A stretch of 64,000 nucleotides of DNA from Chiloscyllium plagiosum. Taxonomy: Eukaryota. The stretch lies in NCBI RefSeq assembly GCF_004010195.1, contig NC_057751.1, positions 17,131,090 to 17,195,089 of the forward strand. The letters are read 5' to 3'. The translations under genes were made by a program, and so were the position numbers. Below, one piece after another: positions 25,685 to 36,529 of this stretch (within the stretch, counting starts at the first letter, position 1; each line of letters starts with the position of its first letter). The notes below the pieces were generated by a model that did no database searches, was not told where the DNA came from, and was given only the letters and a program-made list of their open reading frames with translations.

Positions 25685-26269
25685 GTGGTGCAGGGAACCG
25701 GCGGTACTCGTACCGAGCAAGTTCCAGGATTTTAACCCAGTGACACTGAAGGAGCAGTGATATAATTCTGTGCAAGAATGATGAGTGAACAGGAGGGCAA
25801 CTTGTCGTGGTTGATGTTCTCAAGCAAATGTTATCTTGTCATTATAGAAGGTCGTGGTCATGATTTTGTATGGTCATATCAAAACAGTCTTTTAAACTGT
25901 CTGCAATGCATCATGAGCATGGAATTCATTGCTGAAACAAACCCGGATGATGACGAGTTTCTTGTGCGCTGGTGAAAATGCAGTCTGGACAAGTGGGGAG
26001 GTTTCAGTCAAAACTTGTGACTTAGTCAATGTGGAATACTATTGAGGTATCATAGGTTGCGCAATGTTCTAAGAGTCTGAACTGCTCTTCGAGCTGGTGT
26101 ACGTGTCTGAGTAAAACCACGTCAGCTTCCGCTCAGTGTCAACCCCCACTATGTTCTTCCTGGAGATAGGGAATTCATGGATAACCGGGTAAGTGTCATG
26201 AAAGGCTTGGAACATAAAAAAAACAACGTAGAAGCAAGAATTACATGTATAACGTCTTATGTTTGTAAA

Positions 26270-26662
26270 CATGATTTGGAGATGCCGGTGTTGAACTGAA
26301 TCTGTTCCCATCACCTTCTCAGAACAACTGCCACACCAGCACACGAGTGAATATAATAGCCCCACTATGTTGTTGGTTATACACCAATACCTGGATCTAA
26401 CTGCAGGCAATTTCCTTTAGCATGACGACCCTTCAGACATCAGAAATAGTGGACTGAGTTGGCGAGTTTGGTGATGAATGAAAGTTAAAAATCACACAAC
26501 ACCAGGTTATAGTCCAACAGGTTTAATTGGAAGCGCTAGCTTTGGGAGCGACGCTCTTTCATCAGGTGACAATCGCCTGATGAAGGATTGATGCTCCGAA
26601 AGCTAGTGTGCTTCCAATTAAACCTGTTGGACTATAACCTGGTGTTGTGTGATTTTTAACTT
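26270..26662 (-). mobile_element. Palindromic family B hammerhead element with internal captured sequence and TSD
   Basis: Palindrome 26481-26663 with CTGATGA..CTCC-GAAA-GCTA. Family B tail at 26270-26296. TGTTTGTAAA repeated at 26260-26269 and 26663-26672. Confidence 0.75.
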
Positions 26663-27250
26663 TGTTTGTAAAGGTATAATCATGCGTGCGTTGGATGAAC
26701 AGGTACATCACAGCATTCAAATCAGAACCAGACAGTCATTCAGAGAGATTACAAATCATCACGATAGTCCAAGGGGGTGGGGGCTACTCTCTCGAAACAT
26801 TTATGAGACATTTACACTTAAACATTTTTTTCCTGAAGCACAGGCAATTCACTTATTTATATCGTTGAGTCATTCGGTGGAACCCAAAGAGTCGAAGATA
26901 TTGGCAATACGTGAACAACCATATAACAGAGTACTACCATTCTCACAGATATTGGTGTAAATCTGAAGCATAGGGACTGAGAGCTTGGCGAACGTAACTT
27001 CAATAGGGTAAAATGAGCCAGAAACACAAAGAAAAGTGACTGAGTTAGTGGTGGAGAGATGAGGAATTGTGCGACTTACTCGTCAGGTCTGTCACGAATC
27101 TTAAGAAGACCTTGCAAATGGCCAAAATCTGCTTTGCTCACTTTGATTGTGTGAAACACTCAATTGGCTGTTTACAACTAATGATAGCGGGACACGCCTG
27201 TCCTCAATCAAACAGGCCTGTGTTTGTCCTCTGAAATTCATTCATTTGCA

Positions 27251-27534
27251 TTAGATTAGATTAGATTGCTTACAGTGTGGAAACAGGCCCTTCGGCCCCA
27301 ACCGACCCGCCGAAGCACAACCCCTCCATTCCCCTACATTTACCCCTTTATCTAACACTACGGGCAGTTTAGCATGGCCAATTCACCCTAACCTGCACAT
27401 CTTTGGACTGTGGGAGGAAACCGATGCAGACACGGGGAGAATGTGAAAACGCCACACAGTCAGTCGGGAATGGAACCCGGGTCACTGGCGCTGTGAGGCA
27501 GCAGTGCTAACCGCTGTGCCACCGTGCCGCCCAC
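27251..27534 (-). mobile_element. HE1-type V-SINE
   Basis: Head, core (with small deletions) and AATCT tail. Confidence 0.9.
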
Positions 27535-27861
27535 AAATTGGATGGTGTCACAGTTTCCAACTCTGTTTAGTTACTTCACGTAATCAGTGTAATGCATTCA
27601 TAAGGGAGTCTTAGTTTTTCCACTTTATTCCCCAAGCTAAACATCTTTCAGAGTCAGAGGAATACTTCAGCTCTCGTCATTTGTTTGTTCCAAATTTTCA
27701 AGAAGGGGGAAAAGAAAGCACTTTAGAATATTGTGCAAAACGAATGTCCCCGTGGAGCTACTGATGAGAATAAACTTAAGGTCCTGGTAATCGGTCATCA
27801 CAGAATCAAACTGAAAGGGTTCGCCTACAGAAGCAAAGAGACACCTTACAGCGCACTGAAA

Positions 27862-27928
27862 ATGCACGCTCTGATTCGAACAGTGAGGAAAATATTCTAT
27901 GTGGTCCTAGCTGTCATTGGCTTGCCTG
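27862..27928 (+). CDS. Exon 1 of GPR139-like GPCR (MHALIRTVRKIFYVVLAVIGLP)
   Basis: ATG at 27862, hydrophobic start of TM1, and donor G|GTGAGT at 27929 (phase 1). Joins in frame to 31036. Confidence 0.8.
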
Positions 27929-28837
27929 GTGAGTGAAGATAGTCACTGAGGCTGTTCAAATCTGTGCCTGACATAGCTTTTGTGATTGTCCAGTGGGCAA
28001 CAATGTTACCTGCAACAACACATTGGGTCAAATATCCCGGAGATAACGCTGTAGTTTCGTCTTGCTGCTTCCACTATTTCAATCGCTCCCCACTATATTA
28101 TTGCACACAGTGTTGGACCGTTCCATGAGGACCAAAATCGCCGATGAATATTATCTGAAGGACTATAGTCAAGTGTGTAGAAATTGAATGGAACGAAATT
28201 TGGATTTTATGTTTCTAAATTTAAGAGACAGAAACGCATTTAAAAAAAAAAGTTTCAAAAAGAAGCATTTCGAAGAAAACTCGTGGATTAAAAAATAAAA
28301 CAACCGAACATATTCTGGCTGACGCACTGGCTGTCTGAAGACAAGTGAATGAAAGAAGCGAGTACATTTAGAGACAATGAGGTCAAGAGGCAGAAGAAGT
28401 CCTTAACAGCAGAACCCCAGTTTACGGGTGGACTGCAGAATTCGCTGGTTTGGGCGGGTGTCTGCGGGGCGGTCTTGCAGTTGCTTCGAAGAAATACAGG
28501 AACAGAATTTTGGATGTGGGTTTGAGACAGGCGATGAATCTCTTTCAGGCACATGATAAAGGAACGCAACGCAAGTGATCAGCAGGTTTCTTCAAAATTT
28601 CAGAGAAAGATGCTGTGGAAAGCAGACACTGCTGTTTGTAGAAATTTGCCAATGTAGGAAACCTATTGCAGTCAGGTGAAATGAGTAAGAAGCTTGAGCT
28701 TGGATAGAGTAATTATCCTTCATTGAGGTTGGAATATTCTGAAAATTATTGTTCAGATTATGTATTGATTCTTTTGTCTGATGTTAGAATTACATGCATT
28801 TCGCAAAATTCTTCTGAAGCATGGTACAATTCATGTA

Positions 28838-28948
28838 CTGTCTCTGTCTCTCTGTCTCTCCACTCCCCACACCGTCTCTCTCTCTCTCTGTCTCTGTCTC
28901 TCTGTCTCTCTCTCCACTCCCCACACCGTCTCTCTCTCTCTCTCTCTC
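28838..28948. repeat. CT-rich microsatellite with duplicated CCACTCCCCACACCG unit
   Basis: Seen directly. Confidence 0.9.
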
Positions 28949-29139
28949 GTGGAATGATCTTTTCTGTTATGTTTTTAAAACTACATTGCCAGTACATTTT
29001 GAGCAGATCGAGTTCCTGAACTCCATGGCAACCAACTCAAAAGTAAAGGTACTGGGCAACAAAAATAGGTGTCACTCTCTGGACAGACCTTTGGTTATAA
29101 AACCGGAAGACTTCTACAAATCAAAATGAAGCCTTGGGT

Positions 29140-29830
29140 ATAGCTGTACAGTATCGAACCCTAGGGCCTGAGGGAGACACATCTTTGAATTTCGCGTCAC
29201 GTGCAGACAGGGTGGTTAAAGAGGCGCGGAACAGGCTTGCCTTGAGTTTGACGAAAGGAGCTGGGATCTTATGTTGAGCTTACACAGCACGTTGCTGTGG
29301 CATTTTCTGGAGTACTGTGTCCAGTTATGATCGGCTCATGATTGGAAGGACATTGTTAAGTTGGTGAGGGTTTAGGAAAGATTTGCCCGGATGTTGTCGA
29401 GAATGAAGTGCTTGGGTTAGAAAGAGAGGCCGGAGAGGCGTAGCCAGTTCGGGCGTGACTTTTCAGCGGTTCATAAAAATTCATTGCCCCGCTCACCTTA
29501 ATGAGGGCTATAATTAAGGTCAATGGCGGGTGTCTTAACCTGACAGTGAGAGATTTCACGACATTCCGCTTATAATTTGAAGATGTGAGCGGAAAGATTT
29601 CAAAGGGGCTTGAAATACATTTTTTTTGTACAGCGAACAATTCGTATGTGAAATGAACTCCCGGAGGAATACCGGAATACTTCCAAAATACATTTTGTTA
29701 AGTGCATGACTTAGAAATGTTTTGAGTAAAAATGGCCAATTTTGGGCAGATGGCGTTAGTTTATTTTGGTATTATATTCAGAATGAACTAATTGGACTGA
29801 AGATCCTGTTTCCATGCTGTATGACTCTGT
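29140..29830 (+). mobile_element. CR1 LINE 3' fragment in the GPCR intron
   Basis: LEYCVQL-like motif and a CR1 3' UTR ending CCTGTTTCCATGCTGTATGACTCT. Confidence 0.7.
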
Positions 29831-30113
29831 GAATTCATCAGTACTGCCAGCGAATGATATCACAGAAGAAAGTGGAATGGTCCACCTTAGTCCAGTGACG
29901 ATATATTACGGTTAGGATCTGTGAGTCAGGAACTGCTCTGAGGCTGGGTACCTGCATAGATTTGAAAAAAAAACTGTTCCATTTGACTGTATGTTTACCT
30001 CATTATCGATTTATATCAGTGAGCTTCACCAAATGTTATGTCTTGCAGTAAAGTTATATTCAGCATTTCCTGGAGCTGAGCTATATATTTCCCCGAATCC
30101 AGGCTTGAAAGCT

Positions 30114-30921
30114 TGAACTAAAATTGGTCTGAATGAATCAGGTTGTTTCTGATCTGCCTGTGCATTTATTCCTCATTCAAACTCTTACTGAACACTTTCC
30201 TCTTGTGAACAGCAGTCTTCATGCTTATGTTCCACATGTATTAATACTGGAGGTGTGACTTTCAGTACTGTGTTAATTTACTTATTCATCACACATGTCT
30301 GTGCTTTGGCTGAAATTTCTCGATTTGACTGAAATTGTGAAAGATTGTGATTACGTGATATTAATGTTGTAGTATATACATCACGGAAGCTAGGCATTTG
30401 AGCCAACCGTCTCTAACAATCTTAAATCTCCACACAGTCATCTATCCATTCCACGTCTTCCTGGACACATATGAACACATCCTGCCATTCTTGGTTGCCT
30501 CTTGCAGGATGCTGACCATCTCTTAACCGTGTTTTATAATGCTTAGTCCCCTCAACATCAATAGTTCGTCAGCCTCAGAGCAAATGGCACATACCTTTTT
30601 GTTGTTTCTAGTATGTAATTGCTACTGTCTGCTATTGTTGAGAGTATGATTGCAATTTCTATCGAAGGGAGATGTCTGGGGCTTGAGGAAGAGTACTCGT
30701 TTTGTGTAGAATGCTACAACTTCAGGCTTTGGCCTTGCCTGAACTAAAATTGGTCTGAATGAATCAGGTAGTTTCTGATCTGCCTGTCCATTTATTCCTT
30801 ATTTAAACTCTTACTGAACACTTTCCTCTTGTGAACAGCATTCTTCATGCTTATGTTCCACATGTATTAATACTGGAGGTGTGACTTTCAGTACTGTGGT
30901 GATTTACTTATTGATTACACA
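30114..30921. repeat. About 180 bp direct duplication (30114-30295 and 30740-30921) in the GPCR intron
   Basis: Two copies of TGAACTAAAATTGGTCTGAATGAATCAGG...ACTTATT with scattered substitutions. Confidence 0.9.
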
Positions 30922-31035
30922 ACTAATTATTTTAACATGTCTGTGTTGATGAAAACGAACTCTTACCACTTAGCCTTAGTAATGGAGAATGTTCGTCTGC
31001 ATTGATCATTTTTACCCCTTCTCCCTCTCTTACAG

Positions 31036-31898
31036 TCAATTTACTGACGGTTGGGATCCTATTTCGGGGTAACTGTGGTCTCTCGTCCTGCAGCAGGTGC
31101 TACCTGCTGGCCATGGCTATGGTGGATCTATTGTTCGTTATTGCTGAGATCATACTCGAAAGAATCAAACATGATTTTTTCCCACCATCATTCTTGGAAA
31201 TTACCCCTGTATGTAGCGTTCACTATGCTCTATGCCGTCTACTCACAGACTTGTCTGTCTGGTTCACTATTGTTTTCACCTTTGATCGATATATCACCAT
31301 TTGTTGCGAGAAACTGAAAACCAAATTCTGCACTCAAAAAACTGCAACTGTCGTTCTCGCAACAACCAGCAGTCTGTTTTTTCTAAAAAATATCCCTATC
31401 TACTTCAGATTTGAACCTTATGAGATTATTAACAATGTACCATGGTACTGTATGAATTCAGATGCATACTATTATGACCCTGTGTGGAGAGGATTTAACA
31501 ACTTTGAGAAGATTCTAACACCAGTATTCCCTTTCTTTTTAATTCTGTTCCTCAACGCTCTGACAGTCAAACACATTTTAGTGACCAGTCGAGTCCGGAA
31601 AGGTCTGAAGGGTCAGAGTAACCGAGAAGATTCCAGCGACTCAGAGATGGAGAGTAGAAGACGGAGTATAATTTTACTCTTCGTCATATCTGGCTACTTC
31701 ATTTTTCTGTGGCTGTGGTATATTTTATATTATTTCGATGTTGATGATCTTTTAGGTAGAGATGGTAAGTACATATTTAAGCAATTTGCATACATGCTGC
31801 GGAATTTGAATTGCTGCACGAACACCATCGTCTATGTGGCATCTCTGTCCAAGTTCAGAGAGAAGTTCAGGAACCCACTGGACGTTATTTTTGCATAA
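31036..31898 (+). CDS. Exon 2 of an intact GPR139/GPR142-like orphan class A GPCR (spliced product 309 aa)
   Basis: Polypyrimidine tract plus TACAG acceptor ending 31035, and an open frame with hydrophobic TM segments. Motifs: YLLAMAMVDLL, FTFDRY, RRRSIILLFVISG, and NCCTNTIVY (NPxxY variant). Confidence 0.88.
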
Positions 31899-31964
31899 CT
31901 GATTCAACCAGGTAAAAATTAAAGCAACTGAGAGCCATACTGAAAGTGGTCGATCACACACAAA

Positions 31965-32519
31965 AAAAGTTAGCCTGCTGGAGTAAATAAACACCACAGA
32001 GCTGTTCTCAATTGGCAAGAGGAGACATGCAGTTGGAGAATCTGAATAATATTGGCAAGCATTGTTGGATGTCGAATAGTGCAGTCTCAAAGAGAAGAGG
32101 CGGCTTTCAGATAACCTGAGATAAATGAAAATGAGGAAATATTCACGTTAAGGAGCAGCAGAACAAGGGCAAGTAGCGACACACCGAGATCCTTTGGAAA
32201 CAAATACATAAGAAATAAAAGTAGTAGGAGTCAATTCAGCCCTTTGTAGCTGATGCAGCACTCAAAGAGATCTTGGCGGATCACCTGAACCAACACTGCT
32301 TTCTTGCTGCATCTCCAATTCAACTATGGAAACTGAACAATCTTAGTGTTGAGCTGAAAATAGTGAGTGATAGAAATAAGCGGAGATGTCAGACATGCCA
32401 GAGAAAAGTCAGCAAAGCGCAAGATCTGAATTTCAGTTGAGCACTGATAAAAGTTAGCCTGCTGGAGTAAATAAACACCACAGAGCTGTTCTCAATTGGC
32501 AAGAGGAGACATGCAGTTG
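31965..32519. repeat. 71-bp identical direct repeat (31965-32035 and 32449-32519) containing AATAAA
   Basis: Exact match by eye. AATAAA at 31986-31991 is a candidate polyA signal of the GPCR. Confidence 0.85.
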
Positions 32520-32522
32520 CAC

Positions 32523-32765
32523 TGTGGGCGGCACGGTGGCACAGTGGTTAGCACTGCTGCCTCGCAGCGCCAGAGACCCGGGTTCAATTCCCGACTCAGG
32601 CGACTGACTGTGTGGAGTTTGCACGTTCTCCCCGTGTCTGCGTGGGTTTCCTCCGGGTGCTCCGGTTTCCTCCCACAGTCCAAAGATGTGCAGGTTAGGT
32701 GAATTGGCCATACTAAATTGCCCGTAGTGTTAGGTAAGGGGTAAATGTAGGGGTATGGGTGGGTT
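32523..32765 (+). mobile_element. HE1-type V-SINE running into the gap
   Basis: A box, B box and V core. Confidence 0.9.
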
Positions 32766-33095
32766 NNNNNNNNNNNNNNNNNNNNNNNNNNNNNNNNNNN
32801 NNNNNNNNNNNNNNNNNNNNNNNNNNNNNNNNNNNNNNNNNNNNNNNNNNNNNNNNNNNNNNNNNNNNNNNNNNNNNNNNNNNNNNNNNNNNNNNNNNNN
32901 NNNNNNNNNNNNNNNNNNNNNNNNNNNNNNNNNNNNNNNNNNNNNNNNNNNNNNNNNNNNNNNNNNNNNNNNNNNNNNNNNNNNNNNNNNNNNNNNNNNN
33001 NNNNNNNNNNNNNNNNNNNNNNNNNNNNNNNNNNNNNNNNNNNNNNNNNNNNNNNNNNNNNNNNNNNNNNNNNNNNNNNNNNNNNNNNNNNNNNN
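32766..33095. other. Assembly gap (N)
   Basis: Run of N. Confidence 1.
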
Positions 33096-33140
33096 TTGAA
33101 GTCCACATTGATGCCCTGGGGTTGAAGTGTTCCGATAAAA
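33096..33140 (-). mobile_element. Penelope-like ORF C-terminal fragment
   Basis: Minus reads IGTLQPQGINVDF, similar to the PLE C-terminus at about 13010. Confidence 0.5.
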
Positions 33141-34708
33141 CTGGTAGATAGAAAATCGAAGTGCTTCATGCAGGGCAGGGCAGGATCGATAGGTTCTTAT
33201 GCATTTGCACTATTTTACGTCTGCCAAGGGAAAGAACGATATTTTTTGAGCAAATTGAATGCTGTGCACAATGTAAATCTTTGAACTGGCGTTGAGTTAA
33301 TTAGACACCAAATAGAGGCGTCAAGTCTATAATTCTAGTTTCAAGATAAGGGCTGAGAGTCACTGGGAGCTAAACTCGGCACTTCCACCCACGTCACGTT
33401 GATCCCTGTAAATGGGTTCAGGGCGTATCACGTGCAGACCATTCTTATTTGAGCGGAAGGAGAATCGATGGTGACCCCTTCGCATTTGTTGTTTGCATCT
33501 TCATTACATTCATGTGTACATCCCCATGTCAGTCTCATCAGTGAAACCTTCATCCATTATGTTACGTCCCCCAGCCTCGAATATTGCACAGCTTGGCCTC
33601 ACACATCCCACACGATACAAACTGGACATGAGCAAAATCACAGCTGTCTGATCCCCAGGTCACACCACCTCCCAATCATCAGACCTTCCTGTCTGCTCGA
33701 TGTCCATTCTCAGACATCTTGTTAACTGTTAAGTCGAATTACGTAGGCTTACACTTGTTCGCCAATCTTTCCTTAACACCCAACTAATCTTCTATATCCC
33801 GATTTGTGATAACCGCCTCCTCCACCCATTTTGCTTATCCTTATCTCTTTACCTGCTTTGGTCTGGCAGGTCCACAGATTCTGTACACATGGTCAAATTC
33901 TCATCACTGGAAATTCATACAAGACAATAGCTTTACCATCCGAGGTAATACTGCATAATCATGAAAAATTCCATAACTTTAAACCCTCCTAAACCCCTTC
34001 TGTTCCCAAGTTTCCATCGTGCCGACACCTATTTATAATCTCGAAACATCTCCAGCTGCTACTATCGTCCGTATCTCCATAAACACCACGAATTCCCGAA
34101 GCACTCATTTTCTCAGTAACACCCCACAGAACTGAGAATGCTTCTAATCTGTAAAACCTCCTCCACTCGCAACAACACATAAAATAACCTTCCCTGCTTC
34201 CTTAGAATTCCCTACCTCTGCGAACTCGTCCATCCATACAAGTTCTCCACATTCCTCTAATCACTTCCAGACCCAACGGTATTCCTTCCTTGTGCAATCT
34301 TGTTCAGGAAAGTAGCACTCACGGTCATCAAAGGTTAATCGGCAGATACAATCTTCCCAATATCTTCTATAAACTCAGGATGTCACTGTCTATGCACCCT
34401 TCACTCTCCCCTACAAAACTGATCATCTTTGTGCCCTACTTGAGCCACTAATGTCCGCTCTATCTTTGTACCTCCCCTGATATACGATAATCATTCCTTC
34501 CTCTGTAAAACTCTCAATTTCCTCCAGCCGTTCTGGCAGCTGTGACACATTCTAGCCTGTCTAAATGTCCCTATATCTGTATCCATCCATTCCAATGTCC
34601 ACGACTTCTGTAAGTCCTTCAGTCCCTAAATGTACTCTTAACAGTACAATTTCCACCAGCTGCGATGTCACGACTTACCTTGAACCGAATAATTTGCTCA
34701 GCCCTACA

Positions 34709-35024
34709 GGTGGCACGGTGGCTCAGTGGTTAGCACTGCTGCCTCACAGCGCCAAGCACCCGTGTTTGATTCCCGCCTCCGGTGGCTGTCTGTGTAGAGT
34801 TTGTACGTTCTCCCCGTGTCTGTGTAGGCTTTCTCTCAGTGCTCTGGTTTCCTCCCACAGTCCAACGATATGCGGGTTAAGGTGGATTGGCAATGCTGAA
34901 ATGCCAGTAGTGTTTGGTGCATTGTTCAGGGGAATGGGTCTGTGTGCGTTAATTTTCAGACGGTTGCTATGGACTTGTTGTGTGAAGGGCCTGTTCCATA
35001 CTGTAGGGATTCTAATCTAATCTA
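34709..35024 (+). mobile_element. Older HE1-type V-SINE
   Basis: Diverged head and core with a CTAATCTAAT tail. Confidence 0.85.
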
Positions 35025-35109
35025 AATAAAACATCGTCTAATTGTCAAAATGGTGCCAATCACTGTGCCCACCAACAGCTCTACACAGTTTTGATCACTC
35101 CTATAACCA

Positions 35110-36500
35110 CTATAACTGCAGTTTGTGCATGCATCAATTTAGCGTCTCAATACTTGTGGTTGCTGCTGTTATGCAGGCCGTTTCCGTGTAATACTCACTG
35201 CAGACAACTCTTTGCAGACAGCTTCACTGGATTCCCCACTGCAGATTTCTCTTGCCACATTGCAACACTATGATGTTGACTCAGGCCTCTCCTTGTGGAC
35301 TATTTTATCGTAATGCTAACTGCAGTCAACTCCACACAGGCATTTCCATCTCGATTTGACTGCAGAGCACTCATCCCCATCAGATTCCCTAATCCGTAAA
35401 CGACAGGGCACTCTTCCCAAATATTTTCACCACGATTAGACTCCAGGCCACCCACCCCAGTCCCAGTGTCTTCAGTTGTGATGTCGATTGCTGGCCCTTC
35501 TTCCCAGACTGCTTCACTGAGATGCTGACTTCAGGCGACTCACTCTCGACCGATTTAATGTCAGGAATACTTGAACTCACTCTTTCCATCCCTTCTCCCT
35601 TCTTTGCTCACTGCCGACCACTCTCCTCAGGCTGCGACACTGTGAAGTTGAATTGAGGCGACGCTTTGCGAACTAAAACTCTGCATTGGTCGCCGCACAG
35701 CATTCTTCCCACTTCTGTTCCTCTCTGATGCTGAGTGCAGGTCACACTTCAGAGACTGCTTACCTGAATTCTGACTGCAAGTTGCTTCTTCCACCTGGTT
35801 CCACTGCGATGCTAACTTCCGGTCCATGTTCCCAAACTGCTTCGCTGACATGATGGCTTCACGACACTCTTTCTGAATTGTTTCACTCTGGTGCCGACTT
35901 CAGGTAACTCTTCGTACACTGTTTCACTGAGTTGCTCACTGTAGACATTCCTTTCTGAAAATGATCACTGCTATACTGACTGAAGGCCAATACTTCCAGT
36001 AGTTTTCCTTGTGTTTCTCAGAGTGCAACTCCCAAACTGCTTATTTGTGCCGTTCACCTTAGCCCACGCTTCCAAGCTCCTCCACTGTGATGCAGACTGC
36101 AGGCCACTCTGTCCAGACTGTTACCTTGTGATGAAGAATGCATGCTGGAAACATAGATTCTCGGATGCTGCCTGACCTGCTGTGCTTTTCCATCAGCACA
36201 CTCTCGACTCTGATCTCCAACATCTTCTGTCCTCACTTTCTCCCTGTTTTCCTGCGATGCTGATTTCGGGTCACAGTTACCAGTGTGTCTTACTGAGATG
36301 CGCACTGCACTTCACCCTTCCCAGGCTAATTCGCTGCAATGCTGGCACTCGGCCTCTCTTCCTAGACTGATTCATTTCGCTATTGACTGCAGAGCATTCT
36401 TCCCAGATAGTTTTACTGCCAAGATCACTGCAGAGCACTCTTTGCAGACTGCTTCAATGCGATGTTGATTCCCGGTCACTTCTTCTGGGTGATTTTACCA
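35110..36500. repeat. Degenerate minisatellite with a unit of about 39-40 bp
   Basis: Recurrent GACTGCAG.CACTCTTCCCAGACTGCTTCACTG.GATGCT-like units. Confidence 0.7.
36128..36243 (+). mobile_element. Degenerate family A element inserted in the minisatellite
   Basis: GGATGCTGCCTGACCTGCTGTGCTTTTCC...CCTCACTTTCTCC. Confidence 0.75.
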
Positions 36501-36529
36501 AAACTTCCCCTGCACATTCCTCAGCAGTA

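Noticed and set aside
31002..31035. TTG start of the 298-aa GPCR ORF
   Set aside because: This segment is the intron polypyrimidine tract and acceptor. The real start is better explained by exon 1 at 27862.
32523..32600. tRNA genes at SINE heads (also 23508, 34709, 42923)
   Set aside because: The A/B boxes continue into the V-SINE core, so these are SINEs and not tRNA genes.
32492..33169. Long ORFs across N runs (also 59131-59750)
   Set aside because: Artefacts of translating assembly gaps.
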